Positions 43,203 to 52,937 of a DNA stretch of 64,000 nt are shown piece by piece; the stretch's first letter is position 1; every line of letters begins with the position of its first letter. The DNA comes from an uncultured Bacteroides sp. GTDB lineage: Bacteria; Bacillota; Clostridia; Lachnospirales; Lachnospiraceae. Location: positions 11,967 to 75,966 of the forward strand of contig CAZRKN010000002.1 of NCBI GenBank assembly GCA_964600805.1, written 5' to 3'. The position numbers and the translations under genes are program-made. The notes beneath the pieces were generated by a model. The model saw only the letters and a program-made list of their open reading frames with translations, had not been told where the DNA came from and did no database searches.

Positions 43203-44135
43203 ATGGGGATTAATATGATTGATACGATACAAAAACGCCTCTTGGAGGAAGTGGCGGACTTGCATAAGGTACCGGAGGGTGCTTACAATATCCGTGCAAA
43301 CGGACAGATGGCAGCGAGAAATACTACGGCCAATATTGATATTGTATCAAAACAGGATGCAAGCGGAATAGATATCCGCATTAAGCCGGGAACTAAGAAC
43401 GAAAGCGTTCATATTCCGGTGGTTTTGAGTCAGAGCGGAATAAAGGAAACAGTGTACAATGATTTCTATATAGGTGAGGATGCGGATGTCATAATCGTAG
43501 CCGGCTGCGGCATTGACAACTGCGGCGGGCAGGATTCGCAGCATGACGGCATTCACCGCTTTTATCTGGGAAAAAATGCTAAAGTAAAGTATGTTGAGAA
43601 GCATTACGGTTCCGGAGACGGTAAGGGAAAAAGGATATTGAATCCCGTAACGGAAGTTTATATGGAAGATGGCAGCCTTATGGAAATGGAAATGGTGCAG
43701 ATTAAAGGTGTGGATTCTACCGAGCGTAAGACGTTGGCAGAAGTCGGGACCGGCGCTAAGCTTATTGTCCGCGAACGCCTGATGACTCATGGAGAACAGC
43801 AGGCCATAAGCAGCTATGAAGTGAGACTGATTGGTGAAGGAGCAGGTGCAGACGTTGTTTCCCGTTCCGTGGCAAAGGACACTTCATATCAGAAATTTGA
43901 TTCCCGTATCATAGGAAATGTGCCCTGCAGCGGACATACGGAATGCGATGCAATCATTATGGATAACGCCAGAATATTAGCGATTCCGCAGCTTGAGGCG
44001 AATGATGTGGATGCAGCGCTTATTCATGAGGCTGCAATCGGTAAGATTGCAGGAGAGCAGATAATCAAGCTGATGACGCTGGGGCTGACTGAAGCGGAGG
44101 CGGAAGAGCAGATTATAAACGGCTTTTTAAAATAG
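43203..44135 (+). CDS. SufB/SufD family Fe-S scaffold protein
   Basis: GHTECD, HEAAIGKI, LMTLGL..EA...II.GFL. Confidence 0.85.
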   Translation: MGINMIDTIQKRLLEEVADLHKVPEGAYNIRANGQMAARNTTANIDIVSKQDASGIDIRIKPGTKNESVHIPVVLSQSGIKETVYNDFYIGEDADVIIVAGCGIDNCGGQDSQHDGIHRFYLGKNAKVKYVEKHYGSGDGKGKRILNPVTEVYMEDGSLMEMEMVQIKGVDSTERKTLAEVGTGAKLIVRERLMTHGEQQAISSYEVRLIGEGAGADVVSRSVAKDTSYQKFDSRIIGNVPCSGHTECDAIIMDNARILAIPQLEANDVDAALIHEAAIGKIAGEQIIKLMTLGLTEAEAEEQIINGFLK

Positions 44136-44151
44136 TAAAAATAAGGGATGG

Positions 44152-45558
44152 CTATTCGCGGCCATCCCAGCAATATGTACAGAGTTTGGATTTGTCTATG
44201 CCTACGGAGGCAATCATATCATCCAGACGATGATAACGCAGAGAAGTGAAATTAAGCTTCTCTCTTATTTTTTCCAGCATATTATGATATTCCGAAGAAT
44301 CAGGATTAGCATATGCGGACAGATTAGGATATTTGTTGTCAGCTTCTATTTCTTTGATTACCTGACGGGTAATCAGTTCCATTTCGGACGTTGAGCGCGA
44401 AAAATTCAGATACTTACAGCCATATAGCAGAGGCGGGCAGGCAGGACGGATATGTACCTCTTTAGCGCCGCTCTGATATAAAAATTCCGTTGTCTCACGC
44501 ATCTGTGTCCCACGCACTATAGAGTCATCAATCAACAGAAGCCGTCTGTCTTTTATCAGGTCATGCACCGGAATCAGCTTCATTTTTGCAATCAGATTAC
44601 GCTGACTCTGTATGGTAGGCATGAACGAACGCGGCCATGTAGGCGTATATTTGACAAAAGGCCGCGAAAAAGGGATTCCGGATTCATTAGCATATCCGAT
44701 TGCATGAGCAGTTCCGGAATCCGGTACACCGGCGACAATATCCGGTTTTACATTATCACGTTTCGCAAGCATGGAACCGCAGTTATAGCGCATTTTTTCC
44801 ACGCTTATACCCTCGTATGAAGATGAAGGATAGCCGTAGTATACCCATAGGAATGTACAGATTTTCATATCTTTACCGGGAGAGACCAGTGTTTTTATAC
44901 CCTCAGGCGTGACAATTGCAATTTCATCGGGACCAAGCTCTTTATAGTCCGAGTATCCCAGATTCAGATAAGCAAAGCTTTCAAAAGATACGCAATATGC
45001 ATCATCTTTTTTGCCGATTACTACAGGTGTACGACCTAAGCGGTCCCTTGCAGCATAGATACCCTTTGGTGTCATGAGAAGCATGGTCATGGAACCGTCA
45101 ATCATTTCCTGTGCATGCTGCATACCCTCTATAAGGTTTTCCTTCTGGTTGATTATGGCGGACACAAGCTCAGTGGCATTGATTTCGCCGCTGCTCATTT
45201 CCATGAAATGTGCGTGACCGCTTTGGAAAAGTTTCTTTTCGATGTCTTCTTTATTATTAATCTTACCGACAGTCGTAATGGCATATGTACCGTGATGTGA
45301 ACGGATAATAAGCGGCTGCGGCTCGTAATCGGATATACAGCCTATACCCATACTGCCATGCATTTCATTTACATCTTTATCGAATTTAGTTCTGAAAGGT
45401 GCATTTTCGATGTTGTGGATAGCTCTGTCAAAACCGTTTTTCTTATCATAAACAACCATTCCTGCGCGCCTTGTTCCCAAATGAGAATGATAATCGGTGC
45501 CGAAAAATAAATCAAATACACAGTCTTCCTTTGAAGCAACGCCAAAAAAACCACCCAT
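44152..45558 (-). CDS. purF: Amidophosphoribosyltransferase
   Basis: VPDSG, LIDDSIVRGT, Fe-S cysteines (CTF, CKY, CTYC); RBS AGGAG before MGGFFG; the ORF-track extension runs through repeats. Confidence 0.92.
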   Translation of the reverse strand: MGGFFGVASKEDCVFDLFFGTDYHSHLGTRRAGMVVYDKKNGFDRAIHNIENAPFRTKFDKDVNEMHGSMGIGCISDYEPQPLIIRSHHGTYAITTVGKINNKEDIEKKLFQSGHAHFMEMSSGEINATELVSAIINQKENLIEGMQHAQEMIDGSMTMLLMTPKGIYAARDRLGRTPVVIGKKDDAYCVSFESFAYLNLGYSDYKELGPDEIAIVTPEGIKTLVSPGKDMKICTFLWVYYGYPSSSYEGISVEKMRYNCGSMLAKRDNVKPDIVAGVPDSGTAHAIGYANESGIPFSRPFVKYTPTWPRSFMPTIQSQRNLIAKMKLIPVHDLIKDRRLLLIDDSIVRGTQMRETTEFLYQSGAKEVHIRPACPPLLYGCKYLNFSRSTSEMELITRQVIKEIEADNKYPNLSAYANPDSSEYHNMLEKIREKLNFTSLRYHRLDDMIASVGIDKSKLCTYCWDGRE

Positions 45559-45591
45559 ATTTTTTCTCCTGTTCTGCCGTATTTTTATGTC

Positions 45592-45789
45592 ATAGTAAAT
45601 TACGCCGCAGCGTAAATCATTCCAATGAGAATGAGACGAGTTTGCCGTAGGCATACTCTTATTCTCTGAATCGAGTGCGCTGGCACTCGATTTTTTTATT
45701 TTATAGGAAATTACGCCGCAGCGTAAATCATTCCAATGAGAATGCGAAGCATTCTCTGAATCGAGTGCGCTGGCACTCGATTTTTTTAT
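45592..45789 (+). repeat. Dispersed three-hairpin element, tandem copies B (45592-45699) and C (45703-45789)
   Basis: Direct repeat of AAATTACGCCGCAGCGTAAATCATTCCAATGAGAATG...ATTCTCTGAATCGAGTGCGCTGGCACTCGATTTTTTTAT. Confidence 0.93.
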
Positions 45790-45805
45790 GTAAGCCGATA
45801 ATATT

Positions 45806-45834
45806 AGTATATATAAATTAAAGGCACAGGGCAA
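45806..45834 (-). promoter_or_regulatory. Putative sigmaA promoter of purF
   Basis: Minus strand TTGCCC-17 bp-TATACT. Confidence 0.55.
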
Positions 45835-45883
45835 TAAAATTTTATAAATTGATAAAAAAATTGATGAAAAAAGTTGTAGAAAG

Positions 45884-45918
45884 AAAAAAACAACTCACTG
45901 GACAATATGAGTTGTTTT
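45884..45918 (-). terminator. Terminator after rpsT
   Basis: AAAACAACTCA...TGAGTTGTTTT with U-run on the minus strand. Confidence 0.7.
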
Positions 45919-45945
45919 AATATATTTTCTTCTATTTATGAAAAA

Positions 45946-46209
45946 TTAAGCCATTTTATTAACCGCCTGTGCCAGCCGTGATACTTTTCTGGAAGCTGTA
46001 TTCTTGTGGAATACGCCCTTAGAAGCGGCTTTATCAATGGTAGCTGTAGCAGCCAGCAATGCTTCCTCTGCCGCTTTCTTGTCGTTAGCAGCAACAGCAG
46101 CGGTTACCTTCTTAATAGAAGTCTTAACGCCGGATTTGATAGCCTTATTTCTATCAGCCTTGGTTCTGTTAACTAAAATTCTCTTTTTTGCAGACTTGAT
46201 ATTAGCCAA
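45946..46209 (-). CDS. rpsT: 30S ribosomal protein S20
   Basis: ANIKSAKKR...KGVFHKNTASRKVSRL; RBS AGGAGG before TTG. Confidence 0.97.
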   Translation of the reverse strand: MANIKSAKKRILVNRTKADRNKAIKSGVKTSIKKVTAAVAANDKKAAEEALLAATATIDKAASKGVFHKNTASRKVSRLAQAVNKMA

Positions 46210-46296
46210 GATGCACACCTCCTATTACAATCTTTTTTTAAGGAAAGTGTCTCATTAAATCCGGACACGGACGTTTTTAATGGAAACACAGCTATT

Positions 46297-46325
46297 ATTT
46301 TAAAATACGTCTCAATTTCTGTCAA
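46297..46325 (-). promoter_or_regulatory. sigmaA promoter of rpsT
   Basis: Minus strand TTGACA-17 bp-TAAAAT. Confidence 0.65.
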
Positions 46326-46463
46326 TACATATTTTTAAATTTTCTGCGAAAACTAAAGCCATGCACTTACAATAATTACTTATGTGAGGCTGCATGGCAT
46401 ATTTTCCGTTATTTGCATATGATAAATTAAGAACACAGAAAGAAGAAACGAGGACATGAGGGT

Positions 46464-47336
46464 ATGGGTTGGTTTCAGGTCAGAACAGACTTAGCATTAG
46501 AGGCTAAGGAAAGTATTGACGGAAAAGAAGATGAAATTCGTGGAATAAAAATAGAAGAAGACTATGATGAGGAAAGTGATGTGCATATCACTAAAGTTAT
46601 CATTGAGACAAAGAACGGCGCACGGGCAATGGGCAAACCTATGGGAACCTATGTGACACTGGAAGCTCCGGGCATGATTGAGCCGGAAGAAGATTACCAT
46701 CAGGAAATATCCGATATTCTGGCAGGTGAGATTAGAAAGCTTTTATTTGAGCCCGAACAGGAAAAATCCATTCTGGTAGTCGGACTTGGCAACAGGGACG
46801 TAACTGCGGACTCTTTAGGACCTAATGTAGTCGATAACCTGTTTATCAACAGGCACATTGTAATGGAGTACGGCAAATTGGCGTATAATTGTTCCAAAAT
46901 GCACATGGTAAGCAGTCTGGTGCCGGGAGTTATGGCCAAGACGGGTATGGAATCGGCGGAAATAATTAAAGGAGTCATTGAGCAGACTCATCCGGATCAG
47001 GTAATAGTTATTGACGCGCTTGCCGCAAGGTCAACCAAACGTCTGAACCGTACCATACAGATAACCAATACAGGCATTCATCCGGGATCCGGCGTGGGAA
47101 ATCACAGAAATGCCCTGACAAAAGAGAGTCTGAAGGTTCCTGTTCTGGCTATAGGTGTACCCACTGTAGTAGATGCTGCAACAATTGTAGGCGATGCCAT
47201 TGGCGAGTACCCAAATGCCCTGTCGGAGCTGAACAATATGTATGTAACAAGTAAAGATGTGGATTTTCAGGTACAGCAGATCTCACATATACTCTGCGAC
47301 GCCCTGAATAAAGCGCTTGACATTTCAATAGCATAA
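46464..47336 (+). CDS. gpr: Germination protease GPR
   Basis: RTDLALE, GLGN..VTADSLGP, IDALAAR, GVPTVVD; rpsT-gpr-spoIIP-lepA synteny. Confidence 0.95.
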   Translation: MGWFQVRTDLALEAKESIDGKEDEIRGIKIEEDYDEESDVHITKVIIETKNGARAMGKPMGTYVTLEAPGMIEPEEDYHQEISDILAGEIRKLLFEPEQEKSILVVGLGNRDVTADSLGPNVVDNLFINRHIVMEYGKLAYNCSKMHMVSSLVPGVMAKTGMESAEIIKGVIEQTHPDQVIVIDALAARSTKRLNRTIQITNTGIHPGSGVGNHRNALTKESLKVPVLAIGVPTVVDAATIVGDAIGEYPNALSELNNMYVTSKDVDFQVQQISHILCDALNKALDISIA

Positions 47337-47504
47337 TAATAAATTATGTAAACTATTCTTCTTGCAATATTCCGAATCATTTCTGCATGCCTGAACTGTA
47401 ATCCTGCATATAATGAACAGTGAGCTGACCATGCTTCACTGTGAATATTTTGCAGAGCCGTATCGGGGAAGTAATAAAAGCTCCGGATAGGATGAATCAT
47501 ATAC

Positions 47505-48866
47505 ATGAAAAAAAGATGGTTACAGCTAAGGCAGAATAATCAGATTCATATAGGGCGCGGCATCACGCGCATTTTGCTGTCTATACTGTGTATTATGGCA
47601 GCTATATCTTTTTTGCGGGAGATGTACCGCGCTTTTCAAAATGAAGAGAAGGAGAGCGGAGGAAAGGCGCAGCTATGGCTGGAACAGTCAATCATGGACG
47701 ACTGGCTGCCGGGAGTTGCGTCGCTTGGCGTAGAGCAGGGCAGTCATAGTTACAGCCTGTTAGACCGCCTCATAATAGATAATTTTCCGGTGCTTCTGTA
47801 TGGCATGGAAAGTCCGGTTGAATTTGACCTTCTGGCAAGCTCAGAGAGCAGCTATGAAGAACTGCTCCTATTGGAAGGCACTGACGAAGATAAAAAAGAA
47901 ATAGGCGAAGAGTCTCTGGAATATGGAGATGACGCAATCCATCTGGATAAGAGCTTAGAAGAAGCCTTTCTTGCCGAAAATGGTATGTCACATGAAAATC
48001 ATGAAGCGGAAGAGGAAAAGGAAGAATATGTTGAAACGGAGCAGCAGCCTTCAGACGGCACGGTTTTTCATGAGGTCGAAGAGCCGCTGTTCCGCTACAG
48101 ATGGGATACCCTGCAAAGCTATGAAGAGTTAGTAAAAGCATTTTACGCCATAGATTCAACAACTAAGGCAGGAGAGGAACTTTTAAGCACAGATAAGCTG
48201 CTTAATAAGGATATGCGGATGCAGGGCGGAAACGAGAATCCTCAGATTCTCATATACCATACACATTCACAGGAAGCATTTGCGGATTCCATACCGAACG
48301 ACAGCTCTACTTCAATAGTAGGTGCCGGTGAAAAGCTGGCGCAGGTACTGAGAGACAAATACGGATATAATGTCATACATCACACGGTAAGCTATGACGC
48401 TGAGTCACGCGATTACGCATATAGCAACGCACTTCCGGGAATAGAGCAGGTGCTCGCCGAAAATCCTTCCATAGAGGTGGTTATTGATTTACATAGGGAT
48501 GCAATACCCGAAGACAGAAGACTTGTCATAGATTTGCAGGGCAGGCCCACCGCACAGTTTATGTTCTTCAACGGTCTGAGCCGAACTGCCAAAAATGGAG
48601 AGATTGAATATCTGGAAAATCCTTATCTTGACGAAAATCTGGCATTTTCCTTCCAGATGCAGACCGCGAGCAACGAATACTATCCGGGAATAGCCAGAAG
48701 AATATACCTGAAAGCCTATCGCTATAATATGCATCTGCGCCCCAAATCCCTGCTGATTGAGCTGGGAGCGCAGAACAATACGGTGGAGGAGATTATGAAT
48801 GCAATAGATCCGCTGGCACATATTCTGAATCTGGTATTTATTGGGGATGAGCCGGATGTGGATTGA
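47505..48866 (+). CDS. spoIIP: Stage II sporulation protein P
   Basis: ILIYHTHSQE, IDLHRD, YNMHL, LIELG; synteny. Confidence 0.92.
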   Translation: MKKRWLQLRQNNQIHIGRGITRILLSILCIMAAISFLREMYRAFQNEEKESGGKAQLWLEQSIMDDWLPGVASLGVEQGSHSYSLLDRLIIDNFPVLLYGMESPVEFDLLASSESSYEELLLLEGTDEDKKEIGEESLEYGDDAIHLDKSLEEAFLAENGMSHENHEAEEEKEEYVETEQQPSDGTVFHEVEEPLFRYRWDTLQSYEELVKAFYAIDSTTKAGEELLSTDKLLNKDMRMQGGNENPQILIYHTHSQEAFADSIPNDSSTSIVGAGEKLAQVLRDKYGYNVIHHTVSYDAESRDYAYSNALPGIEQVLAENPSIEVVIDLHRDAIPEDRRLVIDLQGRPTAQFMFFNGLSRTAKNGEIEYLENPYLDENLAFSFQMQTASNEYYPGIARRIYLKAYRYNMHLRPKSLLIELGAQNNTVEEIMNAIDPLAHILNLVFIGDEPDVD

Positions 48867-48934
48867 GAGGGAGGGGGTTGCAAATAAACTTCGGCAGGCA
48901 ATCTGTCTTCTCAACCTATTTTTAAACTGTTTAT

Positions 48935-48963
48935 TGGACATAGCTGCCGTAATTTGCTATAAT
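48935..48963 (+). promoter_or_regulatory. Putative sigmaA promoter of lepA
   Basis: TGGACA-17 bp-TATAAT with TG extension. Confidence 0.6.
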
Positions 48964-49013
48964 AACAAATAATCCATTTCACATATTATTTGTAAAGAAA
49001 GGCATATAAAAAC

Positions 49014-50828
49014 ATGGCAGCAATAGACCAAAGCAGAATCAGGAATTTTTGTATCGTGGCGCATATAGACCACGGCAAATCTACTCTTGCCGACAGAATC
49101 ATTGAAAAAACAGGACTCCTGACCAGCAGGGAAATGCAGGCGCAGGTTCTTGACAACATGGAGCTTGAGAGGGAGAGAGGCATTACCATCAAGGCGCAGA
49201 CAGTCCGCATAATATATAAGGCGAATGACGGACAGGAATATATCTTCAATTTGATTGATACCCCCGGACATGTGGATTTTAATTATGAGGTCAGCAGAAG
49301 TCTGGCGGCGTGCGACGGCGCAATTCTGGTTGTAGATGCTGCGCAGGGAATAGAAGCGCAGACTCTGGCGAATGTGTATCTGGCGCTCGACCATGATTTG
49401 GACGTGTTTCCCGTTATTAATAAAATAGACCTGCCCAGTGCAGACCCGGAGCGCGTGAAGAACGAGATAGAAGATGTTATCGGAATAGAAGCGCAGGATG
49501 CCCCGCTTATTTCCGCCAAGAACGGAATAGGTATTGAGGAAGTGCTGGAAGCCATAGTGGCTAAGATTCCCGCGCCGAAGGGCAGCCCGGACAACCCTTT
49601 ACAGGCGCTCATATTTGATTCGATTTATGATTCGTATAAGGGTGTTATCGTATTCTTCCGTATCATGGACGGCAGAGTGCGAAAAGGCACAAATATTAAA
49701 ATGATGGCAACCGGTGCAACTGCCGAGGTTGTGGAAGTCGGATACTTCGGCGCCGGACAGTTCATTCCCTGTGATGAGCTTTCAGCGGGTATGGTAGGTT
49801 ATCTAACAGCTTCTATTAAGAATGTAAAAGATACGGCGGTAGGAGATACAATAACAGATGTTACTAATCCGTGTAAAGAGCCTCTTCCGGGTTATAAGAA
49901 AGTCAATTCCATGGTATATTGCGGAATGTACCCTGCTGATGGAGCCAAATATCCGGATTTGCGGGACGCTTTAGAGAAGCTTAAGTTAAATGACGCATCC
50001 CTTAATTATGAGCCTGAGACTTCAATTGCGCTGGGCTTTGGCTTCCGTTGCGGTTTTTTGGGACTTCTGCATCTGGAAATCATACAGGAACGCTTGGAGA
50101 GAGAGTACAATCTGGATTTGGTAACGACAGCGCCAAGCGTTATTTATCGTGTGCATAAGACGAATGGGGAAATGATAGAGCTGACGAATCCATCCAATCT
50201 TCCGGACCCTTCGGAAATTGATTATATGGAAGAGCCTGTTGTCAGTGCGGAAATCATGGTAACGTCGGAGTTTATCGGATCAATTATGCAGTTGTGCCAG
50301 GAGCGAAGAGGACGTTATATCAGTACGGAATATATTGAGAGTTCCAGAGCTTTGCTCAAATACGAGCTGCCTTTAAATGAGATAATTTATGACTTTTTTG
50401 ACGCCCTGAAATCCCGCTCCAGGGGATATGCGTCCTTTGATTATGAGCTGAAAGGCTACGAGGAGTCCAAGCTTGTTAAACTGGATATTCTTATTAACCA
50501 TGAGGAGGTAGACGCACTTTCTTTCATAGTCCACGCTGACAGCGCTTATGAACGCGGCAGGAAAATGTGTGAGAAGCTGAAAGACGAAATACCCAGACAC
50601 TTATTTGAAATTCCGATTCAGGCAGCTGTGGGCGGCAGAATTATTGCCAGAGAAACTGTTAAGGCGATGCGCAAGGACGTTCTCGCCAAATGTTACGGCG
50701 GAGACATCACCCGTAAAAAGAAGTTGCTTGAGAAACAAAAGGAAGGTAAAAAGAGAATGCGTCAGATAGGAAATGTAGAGATTCCACAGAAAGCATTCAT
50801 GAGCGTATTGAAACTGGATGATGATTGA
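49014..50828 (+). CDS. lepA: Elongation factor 4
   Basis: [30 protein letters not shown]. Confidence 0.99.
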   Translation: MAAIDQSRIRNFCIVAHIDHGKSTLADRIIEKTGLLTSREMQAQVLDNMELERERGITIKAQTVRIIYKANDGQEYIFNLIDTPGHVDFNYEVSRSLAACDGAILVVDAAQGIEAQTLANVYLALDHDLDVFPVINKIDLPSADPERVKNEIEDVIGIEAQDAPLISAKNGIGIEEVLEAIVAKIPAPKGSPDNPLQALIFDSIYDSYKGVIVFFRIMDGRVRKGTNIKMMATGATAEVVEVGYFGAGQFIPCDELSAGMVGYLTASIKNVKDTAVGDTITDVTNPCKEPLPGYKKVNSMVYCGMYPADGAKYPDLRDALEKLKLNDASLNYEPETSIALGFGFRCGFLGLLHLEIIQERLEREYNLDLVTTAPSVIYRVHKTNGEMIELTNPSNLPDPSEIDYMEEPVVSAEIMVTSEFIGSIMQLCQERRGRYISTEYIESSRALLKYELPLNEIIYDFFDALKSRSRGYASFDYELKGYEESKLVKLDILINHEEVDALSFIVHADSAYERGRKMCEKLKDEIPRHLFEIPIQAAVGGRIIARETVKAMRKDVLAKCYGGDITRKKKLLEKQKEGKKRMRQIGNVEIPQKAFMSVLKLDDD

Positions 50829-50941
50829 AAAAAGTATATTTATGTGGAAATATATGTAGATGCACATGGTTAAAACATGATTTAATTTGTCTAAAAGCCG
50901 CGAAAAATCGCGGAATATCCATCCAAAGTCAGGACATTCAT

Positions 50942-52105
50942 ATGAAAAAACTGAGTATTTATATTCACATTCCGTTCTGTGTAAAAAAATGTAAGTATTG
51001 CGATTTTTTATCCTACCCTGCACCGGAATGGGAACAGGAAGCTTACGTTGCCCTGCTTCTTACGGAAATAGAAAAACAGTCGCTATTTTATGACGATTAT
51101 CAGGTTGTTTCCGTATTTTTTGGTGGGGGAACTCCCTCCCTATTGCCCGGAAATACAGTAGAAGCTATTTTGTGTAGGCTTAATGAGAAATTCAACTTTG
51201 CAAAAAATCCTGAGATTACCATAGAAGTCAATCCCGGTACCGTGACGGAAGACAAACTGCAGTCATATTTACATGCAGGAATAAACAGACTGAGCATTGG
51301 TCTGCAGACCGCGGATGACGATGAACTTCGGACTCTTGGCAGAATCCATGATTATCATATGTTTCTGAGCGCTTATGAGCTTGCAAGGAAGCTGGGCTTT
51401 CGGAATATCAATATTGACCTGATATCAGCCATACCGGGACAGACTTACTTTTCATACAGCGAAACCCTTAAAAAGACGCTTGCACTTGAGCCTGAGCATA
51501 TTTCTGCGTATAGCCTGATTCTGGAAGAGGGTACATGGTTTTATGAACATCGCACAGAGTTGGCTTTTCCGACAGAGGATGAGGACAGACAGCTTTATGA
51601 ACTTACGGGAGAGATGCTTTCAAAATACAATTACACACGTTATGAAATATCCAATTATGCCAAAGAAGGCTTTGAATGCATTCATAATAAGACCTACTGG
51701 CTGAGAGGCAGCTATGTGGGCTTCGGTCTGGGAGCTGCGTCGCTGGTGGAGGAAGTGCGCTGGAACAATAAACGCACAATGAAAGCGTATGAAGAAGCGC
51801 TGCGGAAACCGCTGTTGCGTCCTGACAGTTTATCATCGGCGCGTACCCGGTTAGGCGAAGCTGTTCAGTATCTGACCGTAGAGGAACAGATGGAAGAATT
51901 CATGTTTTTGGGTCTGCGCCTGATGGAAGGGGTAGAAAAGAAGGTATTTAAAAGAAAGTTCGGCGTCGCGGTAGAAGATATATATGGAAATAAGCTGGAT
52001 AAGCTGCTGCGGGAGAAGCTTATTACAGTAGACGGGCGTATACGCCTGACACCTCATGGCATTGACGTCAGTAACTATGTCATGTCGGAGTTTCTTATGG
52101 ATTGA
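50942..52105 (+). CDS. hemW: Radical SAM heme chaperone HemW (HemN-like)
   Basis: YIHIPFCVKKCKYCDF, FGGGTPS, YEISNY, HNxxYW; ATG 50942 preferred over the ORF-track start. Confidence 0.9.
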   Translation: MKKLSIYIHIPFCVKKCKYCDFLSYPAPEWEQEAYVALLLTEIEKQSLFYDDYQVVSVFFGGGTPSLLPGNTVEAILCRLNEKFNFAKNPEITIEVNPGTVTEDKLQSYLHAGINRLSIGLQTADDDELRTLGRIHDYHMFLSAYELARKLGFRNINIDLISAIPGQTYFSYSETLKKTLALEPEHISAYSLILEEGTWFYEHRTELAFPTEDEDRQLYELTGEMLSKYNYTRYEISNYAKEGFECIHNKTYWLRGSYVGFGLGAASLVEEVRWNNKRTMKAYEEALRKPLLRPDSLSSARTRLGEAVQYLTVEEQMEEFMFLGLRLMEGVEKKVFKRKFGVAVEDIYGNKLDKLLREKLITVDGRIRLTPHGIDVSNYVMSEFLMD

Positions 52106-52159
52106 ATTACTTATGGGTTAGTTCTTGAACACTTTGCTGAACTTGCTTACAGAAGTGTA

Positions 52160-52256
52160 TTGAATTTTGTACAATATGACTGTATAATATATTATATAAC
52201 ATCTTAATTTTTATTTTAATGGAAAGGCACTTGAACTGTCCCGAAGTCATAGAATA
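52160..52256 (+). promoter_or_regulatory. Tandem promoters upstream of sigK: sigmaA-like and sigmaE/K-like
   Basis: TTGAAT-17 bp-TATAAT (52160-52188); CACT-16 bp-CATAGAATA (52228-52256). Confidence 0.55.
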
Positions 52257-52282
52257 AAGTAAATGAACTTTGGGGGCTTCTT

Positions 52283-52912
52283 TTGAAAACATTTAAACAA
52301 CCGCTGACGGCGAAAGAAGAAGCCGCATACCTTCGCCAACTGAAAGAAGGAGAAGGCAGGCAGAAACAGCTTGCCAAAGAAATACTGATTGAACATAATC
52401 TTCGTCTGGTGGCGCACATTGCCAAAAAGTACCAGAATGTTGATGAGGACATGGAAGACCTGATTTCAACAGGAACGATAGGACTCATTAAAGCGATAGA
52501 TTCTTTTGATGCAGGAAAAGGAAAGCTCAGCACATATGCTTCAAGATGCATAGATAATGAATTGTTGATGCTGCTGCGGGCGAAGAAGAAAACTTCCAGA
52601 GAAGTATCTTTATACGAGCCGATTGGTACGGACAGGGAAGGAAATGAAATTAACCTGTTAGACATTATTGAACAGGAACAGCCTGATGTGATAGAGCGAA
52701 TGGAAGTGGAAGAGCACCTGAAATGTTTATCAGGACTACTTAATGAGAAACTGAATGCGCGTGAAAAAGAAATTCTTACCATGCGCTATGGATTGAATGA
52801 TGACCACGAAATTACGCAGCGTGAAATAGGAAAGAGTCTGGGAATTTCCAGAAGCTATGTTTCCAGAATAGAGAAAAAGGCTTTGGAAAAACTTCGGGAA
52901 GGATTTAGTTAG
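52283..52912 (+). CDS. sigK: Sporulation sigma factor K, uninterrupted, no pro-peptide
   Basis: HNLRLVAHIAKKY, EVSLYEPIGTDREGNEI, GISRSYVSRIEK. Confidence 0.92.
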   Translation: MKTFKQPLTAKEEAAYLRQLKEGEGRQKQLAKEILIEHNLRLVAHIAKKYQNVDEDMEDLISTGTIGLIKAIDSFDAGKGKLSTYASRCIDNELLMLLRAKKKTSREVSLYEPIGTDREGNEINLLDIIEQEQPDVIERMEVEEHLKCLSGLLNEKLNAREKEILTMRYGLNDDHEITQREIGKSLGISRSYVSRIEKKALEKLREGFS

Positions 52913-52937
52913 TAAATAGACAGGAGGATAAGAGCAG

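Noticed and set aside
45559-45834. 92-aa N-terminal extension of PurF, or a purine/ZTP/PRPP riboswitch
   Set aside because: The extension is translated repeat DNA, a good RBS precedes ATG 45558, and I see no known riboswitch consensus.
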